From positions 3,410,001 through 3,474,000 of the forward strand of contig CATNEN010000012.1 of NCBI GenBank assembly GCA_950097015.1: a stretch of DNA of 64,000 bases, in the 5' to 3' direction. Made by a program: the position numbers and the translations under genes. Shown in pieces: positions 36,212-47,022 of the stretch (its first letter is position 1; the number at the start of each line of letters is the position of its first letter). The notes under the pieces are model-generated. The model was given only the letters and a program-made list of their open reading frames with translations, had not been told where the DNA came from and did no database searches. This DNA comes from Macrostomum hystrix (Eukaryota; Animalia; Platyhelminthes).

Positions 36212-38177
36212 ATGACTACAGGTCAACATCTGCAACCTGGTATGAATTTACTATGGTGTATGAATTATCAAACACCGACATTCTTTTGATCTTTATCAAA
36301 CTCCGACACTCTTTGATCTTTATCAATATCCGACACTCTTTGATCTCTATCAATATCCGACACTCTGTGATCTCTATCAATATCCGACACTCTGTGATCT
36401 CTATCAATATCCGACACTCTGTGATCTCTATCAATATCCGACACTCTTTGATCTTTATCAATATCCGACACTCTTTGATCTTTTTTTCAAACTCCGACAC
36501 TCTTTGATCTCTGCCAAACATCGACAGTCTTTGATCTCTATCGAACTCCGATACACTTTGATCTAATAAAACACTGACACTTTTTGATCTCTTTGAAACG
36601 TCGGCACTCTTTGATCTCTATCAATATCCGACACTCATTGATCTCTACCAAAAATCGATACTCTTAGACTTTGAGCAAGCACAAATCTCAATCTAACCAT
36701 AAGCAGCAGCAGCAATTGTCGGTAGTTCGATTCTCCTCATAATTGCCCTGACCACGACGCGAATCGGAGCGGAAGAGCCGATTCCCAGACTCAGCCTGCT
36801 CTACCGCGGCGCCAACCTCCAGCTGATGCAGTTGGCTTCAGGCCAGACATTCGTTGAGCCCCTGATAGCATACGAAGCCGGTGGCGTCTGCCAAGCGACT
36901 GTCCACTATGACTACCTGTCCTCCAGCTACTCTCTGTCTCTGCCGATTGTTGTCGATTCGGTTGGAAATCCGGGCGCGTCTGTCTTCGTACTGCGAGAGC
37001 TCCGCTCCCAGTCGCTAGTGGACGGTGGCGACGTCCGCGCCGCCTGCCGCCTCGACGATCGAGTCGGTGGGGCCGCACGACTGCGCTTCCTCTGCCCGAC
37101 CTTCGAGCGCTGCGAGCAGATCCGCTGGACCCTGACGGCCAGCCCGGCAGCGCTGGCCGACTTTGTGCAGCTCAGTCTGGTAGGCGGAGTCGATGGCCGG
37201 CTGGTGTCGCTCAGCAACAGGCCGATCCGTACTCTGCCACCGGTGGCAGCGACCTGCGAGCCAGACTGGGTCGTGTTCCACCGACGTCAGGACGCTACAC
37301 TGTCGTTTCGACAGAATTGGGCCACCTACGTTAGAGGATTCGGGCATCCGGAATCCAACTATTGGATGGGTGGGTCCAGAAGCTTCAGTTGATAACTGAT
37401 TGTGAGCTCACAATGGGGTCCGGTGTGTGGCGATTCTGTTGTGTGCTCATTGTCTGTTAAAGTACTCGATACACAAGTAGTCAGGAGTGTGACTGGGGAG
37501 TGGGACTGATGAGTGTGACTGAGGAGTGTGACTGAGGAGTGTGACTGAGGAGTGTGACTGAGGAGTGTGACTGAGGAGTGTGACTGAGGAGTGTGACTGA
37601 GGAGTGTGACTGAGGAGTGGGACTGAGGAGTGTGACTGGGGAGTGTGACTCAGCAATGTGAGGCCACATCAAAGTAAGGGTATGCACGGTCCCCGGAGCA
37701 ACCTGATGTCTCGCCGCTTCCAAACCGACCCAAGCAGGCCTTGAGCAGCTGAGCGCTCGCACGGTAGGCAGCCTGTTCTACGCCAACTGTCGCCTGCGCA
37801 TCGAAGTGCAAACAATGGCCGGTCAGGCGCTCTGGGGTGAGTGGTCGGGCTTGAAGGTGCAGCCGGCCAGCGACAACTTCAGGCTGAACGTGACGGGGCC
37901 CAACAGCGCCGGCACCTTGGACCCCGGGAGGACGCTGGTGAACGAAAATGACGCGCCCTTCAGCGCCTTCGACAATGGCGGCTCGGTCGGTGGCACCCTG
38001 TGCTCCAGACAGCACGCCGGCGCTGGCTGGTGGTTCAACAGCTGCTACTCCATCCTGCTCCACGGCCTGTTTTCTAACAGTCTGGTGCCAGACGATCATC
38101 ACAATGTCAATCAGGTGAACCAGTTTGGCACATGGACCCAGGTTTCCAAGTCTAAGATGATGTTCAAATGCTGGTAA
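36212..38177 (+). CDS. Secreted fibrinogen-related (FReD) protein with an uncharacterised N-terminal domain, about 371 aa, 3 exons (36212-36221, 36704-37369, 37738-38177)
   Basis: FReD motifs: WVVFHRRQD..SF...WATYVRGFG...YWMG|LEQL, FSAFDN, GWWFNSC, SKMM. A hydrophobic leader AAAIVGSSILLIIALTT lacks a Met unless joined to ATGACTACAG|GT at 36212. The FReD call is strong; the first exon is tentative. Confidence 0.82.
36270..36670. repeat. 27-bp minisatellite (CCGACACTCTTTGATCTCTATCAATAT), FReD intron 1
   Basis: About 14 units, with the right half decayed. Confidence 0.92.
37484..37652. repeat. 13-bp repeat (GTGACTGAGGAGT), FReD intron 2
   Basis: About 12 units. Confidence 0.94.
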
Positions 38178-38439
38178 CTTCCGCTTATTAAAAATAAATT
38201 CCTATGTTGTGCTATACTACTTGCAGTAAGCGCGGTGAATTGTAAAAAGACAAGATACTGCCACGCCACACTTCATTAGCAGTTCGGTGTCAATGGCTGT
38301 GAAATATGAGATTTCAGTATGATATTTTTCAACGACTTTTGAGTTCAAAATTGTTGAGTTCTTGCTGTCCTAATCTCTGCAACTTTGTTTCTACGGCTCG
38401 TGATATTTTCTCTCTTTCCAAATAATACTTCTCTCATCC

Positions 38440-38626
38440 ATTTTCTCCCCCTCGCTCTCTCTCTCTTTCTCCCCCTCGCTCTCTCTCTCTCTATCTCCCA
38501 TTGCTCTCTCTTTATTCCCCTCGATCTCTATCTTTCTCCCCCTCGCTCTCTCTCTATCTCCCCATTGCTCTCTCTTTCTCCCCCTCGCTCTCTCTTCCTC
38601 CCCCCTCGCTCTATCTTTCTCCCCCC
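38440..38626. repeat. CT-rich low-complexity repeat (CTCCCCCTCGCTCTCT...)
   Basis: Direct reading. Confidence 0.85.
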
Positions 38627-41063
38627 GAACTCACACTTTTTTTCTCAAATTTCGGTTCTTAGAACCTCCCAGTCCAAATTTATCAGCTGAAAGGCTGTAT
38701 AAGTTTTTATTTCTACCTTGACATGCAATTAGAAAAATTATTTTTCTAAAACAAAATCTTCTGACGTGAGAAAGGTCCGATTGTCAACATTAATTATGAT
38801 AATCATTTTGTACTTTTATTAATTTGTGGAGATCCGAAATATACAGCTTAGAGCAGGTTGATGAATGAGATCCAGACTCATTTTACACTTGCATTACAAC
38901 CTTGACTAGCAATATGAGCCAACTTTGGGTTTTTTGCCTTTCGGCTTTGAGCACAGGATGCTTGACACATCCTCCTCATTCCATCAGCTCATGTTGGCAT
39001 TGTGTCTACGATATTGTGCACTCACTTTCCCTTTCCTGTTCTACGCATTGAGTTATTTCTTTACACATCCACTCCACACACCTATCACAGCACTCACCTG
39101 GGCTGGGACAGGTCGTTTGTGTTACTATTTTTAGCAATAGACCAGCCCCAGTGCTCAAGCTAGGTGACTCACAGTCCACCGCCTGACACAGTAGACTAAG
39201 AAATGCCAATCCCCATGCACCCAACCTCACCTCAGCTAACCCCCGTCACTACCCTCCCTGGGGGAAGGAAGCAGCGCGCGCGCACTGTACTCTGCTAGTT
39301 CTGCTCCCTAATTCTTTCAGCTTTTTTCTCCCCATTCTCAGGTTCTCGGCTTGGCTTGGCGGTGGGGTGGGTGAACGGACAAGGCCTTGCGCGTGGCACA
39401 AACGGGAGCTAGCCGTTTGTTTCCATTTGACAGTCCAACCCAATCTGTGTGTGTGCTAACCCCAGGTCTACTTCCTGCATTGCTTCCTCGACCAATGGGA
39501 GCGCATTGTTAAGTCACGAAGAAAATGCCTTTTTAACGAACGGGCTTTTGAAGCTAGCGAACGTGAATTAGTAGCAAAGCTGCTCAGCAATAACACACGA
39601 CAGCAAGGGGTGGCAACTCTGCTGGTCGTTTTGTGCTTTTGTGGTCCATATGCTTTAATTAACTAGCTGTGATTTTTGCAGGAATTCACAACGAATTCCA
39701 AATAAAAGGGTAAGTGATTGATTGATTGATTGATTGATTAATTGATTGATTGATTGATGCATTGATATTTAAGAATTATTGTAAATTTATAATATTATAA
39801 ATTTTGAACTTGAATTTTAAAATAGTAAAATGTAGAAACTAGGAGTCTATATTTAGGAAATCTTAGAACTGGTCGTAGTAAATTATTGAATTTAAAAGTT
39901 TTGAAGATTAGTGACATACCTTTGTTCTCGCTTTAAAAAAACGGTTGGTGTTCAGTTGATTATAGCTATTGCAATTATGCATGAGTCACCCATTCTGCAG
40001 TCTGTAACTCAGCGACCCAATACACGCACATTAGTCCACGGCACACGTTAAGTGCTCAGGCGGCGTTGAGCTGGGCTTTTCTGTCATTCCCTACCACCCT
40101 GTGTGCATGCGCGTGTGTCGTCTCATTGTGTGAATAGCCTTTCTAGCCAGGCCAAAGCTGACCCCTAGATTCGCAGAAGAAGAACACTTGTGAAAAATAG
40201 AATACAACAAGGCTAAACAAGCTGCTTTTGGATTTTACGATTTTCCTAAGTCGCATTATCAGCAAATAAGACAAACTATTTACAACTGCTTGGCCTGCAA
40301 AAACTATCTATAAAAAGAAACAATTGATAAGAGAACACCTGAAAGATTTCTAACCTGGGTCATACCGATTAGATATTTTATAAGTCTGTACAAAACGGCC
40401 TGCATATATACACTAAAAATCGATTGTGTACGGCTCTGTGCTTTGTCCTGTCAGGAAGGAAGCTAGAGTAATTCACGGGGCAATAGGTGTAGGTGTGTGT
40501 GTGTGCTGACTCGCTGAGTAGTAACTGCATGACTCACTGCCAAACAATTACCTCTCTCTATACTGTGTGTTAGTGCTTGACCCACGCCTAAGCAGTTGGG
40601 CATGCAGTAAGGGCGCATATTTTAACAGCCACCCCCAACACACGGCCGGAATGCTATAGAATGCATAGCTATAGCTATTGAAAAACATTTTTATTCGGCA
40701 GCAAAGCCAACCAACCGTGCGCTCACAGAGAGAAGAGAGAGAGAAAGATAGAAGACAGAACGAGCCCTGCTTTCCCACACAACACCGCTTTGATTTGGTT
40801 CTGTGCCTATACTTCTGTGCCCAGCTCTCGGCCATATTAGCGCAGTCGAGTTGTGCAATATTATTTAGAAAATATAAGCAGAACAACAAGACGGCACCCT
40901 ACCCCCGCCATACAAACAGACACACCAATACCAACTGGCTATAGTGAAATTTAATAGGGTTCTACAACTAAATCAAAGCAATTCCACTTCCTGCCTCCAG
41001 TGTGTAATTGATATCGGCTACTGGCATCTAGTTTCGGACTGACTGACTGGCTGGCTGGCTTGA

Positions 41064-42342
41064 ATGCGGGGCAACTGCAGCGAAGGCGTGGACCTGATGG
41101 CAGCCACCTGCGATGATGACGTCTGGGACCTGCTGCACGGTGCTGATGCTGCCTCCAGCTCCGGTGGCTTTATCGGCAGCGGCGACGGAGGCGGCGGGGG
41201 CGTTGTGTCTGTGTCGCTAATGAACGGCTCAGCAGAAAGCTTCCTAGACGAAATTGACAATGTGAGTTCAGAAAGCGCGCATTCGAACCCTGTTTCAGAA
41301 TCCGAATTCACCTCCAAACAATGCCCAACCCCAATCATCAGTCCGACGCCTTCATGATCGAGGATGTCAATCAGGCACTGGACGAGTGGCTCCGCAGCCC
41401 TGCGGGATCGTGTGACTTCACCGCGGCGACAACTTCGTCGGCGTCAACAACAGCAGCAGCAGCAGCAGCATCGTTGTACGCTACGACGGCCAACTGCAGC
41501 GATGCCACAGAGACAAGCAGCAGTCTAGGCAGCATTGTAGAGGAAGACGATATTGATGAGGCCATAGACTATGATGTGCAACGAATCAAAATGTCTCTTG
41601 AGCAGCAACAGCAGCAGCAGCCGCGGCGGACAGTCAACGGGGCGGCAATCAACCAGTTTGAGGCCGGTCAGCAAAACCTGCTCAGACAGCAAAGGCTCAG
41701 AGGTGAGAGAGGGAGCTTGTATGCCTTGACCCCTCAACCCCTGCCCCCAGCTCAACAGACGGGACAGCCAAACCAGAGCTCCTGCAGTCCCGGTCTATTG
41801 TTCCCTGTGTTTGCATCTCTCAGGAAGCTGTGTGCGCGCGGGTGTGTGCGTGCTGCAAGAGAAAGTAGAATGAGTAACCATGAGTTTTTATTAACAATTC
41901 AGACTTGTTTTCGGGGCCATTGTATTTAGAAAACACCATTTTGCCTTTCAACTTTTATAAATTCCTTTTTGTCGTTTGTTATCTGGTATTTCAGAACAAT
42001 TCAGCAAAATTTGGTACTACTCTTAAACAGTAGTAAAAGCTTCTATTTTCTAGGCTTATTGTTCGATAAGTTTTTTTATTTTCAAGTGAAATAAATTTCT
42101 AATTTCCAAGCAAATTCCCCCTTGCCCTCAGGTGAAAGTGACCAGCTGATTGAGAACGCCGCTTCTTCGCCTAACAGACCGTCGCTGCTGCGACCCCCAG
42201 CCAGTCCGCCTCGCTGCTATGGCCTCCTGGACGAGGTCACGGATCCGCCAATGCAGCTTGCGTTGAGTGGGCTTCAGCAGCAGCAGCGCCAGCAGCTGTG
42301 CAGAACTATGCAGAACAGTCAGCAGCAACAGCAGCAGCAACA

Positions 42343-42373
<31 letters not shown>

Positions 42374-43615
42374 AGGCGCTACACTCACACGCGCATCAAG
42401 ACAGCCCATCGACCATTGACCTGCGATCGAATTGAAATACTTGACCCTCAAGCTACGCTGACCTCTGCTGCGGCAGCTGCGGCAGCAAGACAACAACTGC
42501 AGCAGCAGAAGCAGCAGCAACAGCAGCAGCAGCAACAACAGCATCAGAAATCCTGCTTGGATCGAGTCGAATTCCTTCCAGACGATCTGCAACTCATCCA
42601 GTGCCCGCGACGGCGACGTGACGGCCCTGGAGGCTGCGTAAGCGGAGTCGGAAGCGGCGGTGGCGGCGGCACTGGACAGACTTACCTGTGGGAATTCCTG
42701 CTGGACCTGCTGCAGAATCCGCGCTATTCGCCCCGTTTCATCCGCTGGTTAGATCGGGACCGGGGCGTCTTCAAGCTGGTGGACAGCCGCGCTGTGTCCC
42801 GCCTGTGGGGCATGCTCAAAAATAAGCCAGATATGACTTACGAGACCATGGGCCGAGCGCTGAGGTGAGTCATTGCTGGGATTATGTTTGCAGGAGGGCT
42901 GTTGGCACTGGCGTATTTTTGTTGACAGTAAACCCTGAGCACATGGTGCGTACATCTGCCCTGACTTTCTCATCGTCAGGCAGTGTGCACTCTCACCGTG
43001 CCTTGGAGGTTGGCCCTCAAGGGCGTAAATTGCACGAAAAGCCCCCAAGCCTTCTCTCCGTGGCAGCCCCACAAATGAATGCGGGACCTTGGTGCGAGAG
43101 GTAAACGCTTTAGACCACTCTGCCACTCACCCCGATACCGAAATCCAGATTTCTACTTTGCCTATTAGTTCCAGCTGTCTTGACTATTGACTGAAATTCC
43201 TGAGCTGCCAATTTTTTCGATTCCAGTATTAACGCTTTATATTCTTGGAAACCTGTTCAACCTGAGGGGGTGAGTGACAAATGACGGAGCGTTTGAATCT
43301 CCCACCAAGGAGATTCAACTCCCACTAAGAAGCGTCCCTGAGCTCGATTTCGCGGTGAGGCCACATTCTTTTGGGCGCAGTCACGGAGAGCAATTTACGC
43401 CCTTGAGGCCCTAGAGTGAGAGTGTATACTGCGTGACAATAGAAAGTCAGGGCAGATGCATAGTGACAATTATTGCGGTTAAATATTTACTGGAGCATTG
43501 CTAAATATTGATTTCCCAATTCAGGTACTACTACGCCAGAGGCATCCTGAACAAGGTGGACGGCCAGAGATTGGTCTACCAGTTTGCTAACCTGAAGAAG
43601 ATGTGTGACAGTTGA
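41064..43615 (+). CDS. ELF: ETS transcription factor, ELF/E74 subfamily, about 460 aa, 4 exons (41064-41261, 41342-41702, 42132-42864, 43525-43615)
   Basis: ETS domain [12 protein letters not shown]...[32 protein letters not shown]|[20 protein letters not shown], which is the ELF1/2/4-E74 signature. Poly-Q/A tracts are present. An 80-nt intron (41262-41341) reconciles two overlapping ORFs. The start could be 41064 or 41097. Confidence 0.92.
42891..43132 (-). mobile_element. SINE family 1 copy (diverged), ELF intron 3
   Basis: Shares TACATCTGCCCTGACTTTCTCATCGTCAGGCAGTG...GGCCCTCAAGGGCGTAAATTGCACG with the other copies. Confidence 0.85.
43266..43460 (+). mobile_element. SINE family 1 copy (diverged, partial), ELF intron 3
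   Basis: GTCCCTGAGCTCGATTTCGCGGTGAGGCCACATT...GCAATTTACGCCCTTGAGG...GAAAGTCAGGGCAGATG matches the family in the opposite orientation. Confidence 0.75.
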
Positions 43616-46600
43616 TTTTAAATAGGATGTTTTTGAATCGGCGGCTGTGACCAATTTATTCTCCTGTAGTCTTCGACCACATTCCATGCCAATTCTTTAG
43701 TTGCAGACCCTCACCTTTTTATTCTGCCCTCTGGTCAAAGCGTCCTCTGACCTAGCATGGGGTCAAAGCAATTCGCTTGGCATATCATTACGTAAGCATA
43801 CTCTCAGTTAACTCTAGGCCATTCGTCGATATAATTAGCTATATCAGATGCATTGTCATGTTGTCTAGCCAACAAGTGAGTCAAAATTATTGAGATTTTA
43901 CCATAGACAATTAGTCACAGCGCACTAATGCTCCTGTCTATGGCAGAGAGCCCTACTTTTAGATGATAGTAGGGCGTGCAACAAAGCCATAGACACTCGC
44001 TGAGCGCACTCGTGGTCATAGGCGTTGATCTTTTTAATTCGACAACAGTCAGGCTTCGTCGTGCTTTATCTCTCCGTTAGAAAAAATTCGAAAATTATTT
44101 TTGTTTATCATAAAATAGGCGGTCTGTTCCAGAGTTTCAAGAGCGTAATCTGCCTACGCAGAATGTCAAGCTAACTTTAAATAATTTAATCAGTCGAGCT
44201 AACGTCCTAATTAGTCCACAATTGACCCCAAAGCAAGCATTCAAGTGTGTTTGTTAATTAAACAGCAGCAAAAACTCCCCTGCCTCTGCATTTTCTTGCA
44301 ATTTTCCTGCATAGCACGTACTAAAGAAGCTTTTTAATTACTTGTTGGTTCTGTTGCATCTGTTTCCGTGTTTCCAGTTCCAAGTTATGCTTTTATTTAG
44401 CGTTGACGCTATAAAGCGCAACCAAACTACGCCACGCACCAACATACTGTACAATTACACATTCTACCAGTACAAAAATTGTTGTTCTTCAATGAAATCT
44501 AACTACAAGATGAGTGTAAAAACTTCCATTGCTGCCACATTTTCACTATAAAGTAATTCCCGTACCTCTACATACTCCATAATTATAGTGACTTCCGTAT
44601 TCTTTACCTGATTATGATGATGATATTGCATTCATTGAAGGCCCACTTTGTCCAATTGTAAATTGCATGTACTCACTAAAGCACAATCAATTAGCTAAGA
44701 ACTGAAATTGGGCCTTCTTTGATTCTAAGCCTTACCAATAACCTTTTTGCTGCTTGATGCCTGCTAGATAAATTGTTTCAATTCCAAAGCCTGCATTCCA
44801 AATAGATAATTACATATAAGCAACTCTTAGGTACTATCTACCTTTCGGAAAATTATTATGAAAACATTACATGTGTGATTTTACCAGTTAAGCCTCTGTA
44901 AACTCGCTTATAAATGGAAATATATTTGCAACTTGACTGCTGCAAATGCACACTTAGCCATGTATGCACTCATTTGTATCGGAGCTGACATCCTTAAACA
45001 ATCTTTGCATGCGCACGCGGCTTGTATAGTCATCGACAAGCGCATTTGAAATTATACAACGGAATTTTTGTTAACAATCATTCATTTCTTGTTAAATGCT
45101 AAGCTTTAACAATAATTCCAAGATCCGTTAGTTTAAGCAAATGTCATTGGAGGAATGTATTTCAAATAAGTATACCCCCAACTGGCTCCTAATCCCCGTA
45201 ATGCCAACAGTAAAGTTTTCAGATTTTTTTCTATGATAGAATCAAGAAAAAACGCCAACAAGAACGAATGACTACCAATTACTATGAATACGAGCTATAG
45301 TCCATAGTGTAACCATTTTAAGAATTGGTTAAAACATAGAAACGATAAAAACTATTCATACTGGAAACAAGAGGGCTCGTTGCTAAATTGCTGTTTAGTA
45401 GTCCTTGGTGTGGGCACTGGCACATCATTGAAGATAGTCAACCCATCGAGCCATTGAGAAGGCATGCACCGTTCCGCTGATCACATGCGGAGACAGATAC
45501 TATAAAACACTGACCCATACATATAGAACCCATTAGTGAAGGGTGGAGAAAAAATGAACGCTTTTAGGCAATAAGTGCATCGCTACACACTTATTATTAA
45601 AAAAATCATTTTTGTTGCAGATGGCAGATGGCAGATGGAGCACGATAATCAAAAGCACGATAATTAAAAGATTGATAAACTGTACGTAAAATAATGGGCA
45701 AAGGCTTTTAACATAATGTAGTAAAAAAGCAATTCAAATGCATTAAACATATATTTAGAAAAATTTTGAAAGCTTTCTTTGAGAAAAAAGTTAACATTTT
45801 GTTTAAAATGTCAAGCAGCTGACTTTTAAAAATATTGTTTTTGTGAAATAACTACAATCAGCTGATATATCGTCATATCGACACCGTGTTCAAGAACGTT
45901 TTACGTTTATATGTTATTATAAATTACATGACAAAGAGTAATGGTACGTTAAGTGTGCCGATTTTTTTTGCCTTTTTTTTAATGTGTCTAGCAAAATCCT
46001 GCACTTGCCTGCAAACCAGAAATATTATTTTCCTTCTTATTTGCTGTTGCCACTCAGTGATAGACCTCCAGGCGCCAGTGGCCAGCAGCTATGTACATTT
46101 ATTTTTAATTGTATGGGCTAAAATATATTATTATATTTTACTATTATAATAGATTCTAATATACAGTTATGTTATACATATTCCTATAGCATATTTGGTG
46201 TTTAGGTTATGAATGCAATATTACTGATGTTTGATTTTTATGCTTACAATTTAGCTTGTCGGAGAGCTTAATGTATGAACTTATATATTTTAGCGGCAGA
46301 ACTAGCAAAAGAAGACAATAGAAGCCTGTAATTTATATTTTTGACAAAAATTATATGTTTCCTAATCATACTCCTTCTATAATGTAAATTGATTATGAAA
46401 ATGCTAAAACTATCCAATTTAAATGGCAAGTATTAAATGAGCTATGAGTAAAGAAAGCTGCACTGTTTATTACTTAGAATTGATCATCTGTATCATCATA
46501 GGTGTGTTAGCTAGCCCTTGTTTATATATAACATACCCATAAGTATGTTAGTTAATGTCAATAAAAATATAACAAAATTATAGCGCTAGTAAGGAGTTTC

Positions 46601-47022
46601 TAGAACTCAAATCCTATAAACACAAGTAATGATAGTAAACTTCTTACAATTTGTGTCTTAAGGCTAATATTATATTATGCCTACCAAAATGTTTTTATTT
46701 AAAAGAGATTTGCCAAGCTTCCATGTATTTTTTTAGCCAAGGGCCTACATATTCCTAATACTAATAGTATAGTTACTAAAGTAATCCAGAAAATTGAATT
46801 AAAGTATATTTAATAATCTATTTACTAGTAATCATGGGACTAACATTCACTATGGGACTTTTTTCCTCAGCCCTCACTGCTTAGAAAAGCTAAAATGAAA
46901 TCAATGTATTTGTTCCATCTTTTCTTGCAACTGACAATATAGCAGAGATCAGATAGGGCACTGTTTTTAAAGTTGCTCTTTTAACTGAGGACCGTTTTTC
47001 AGCTCTATTTACCAGTTGAGCC

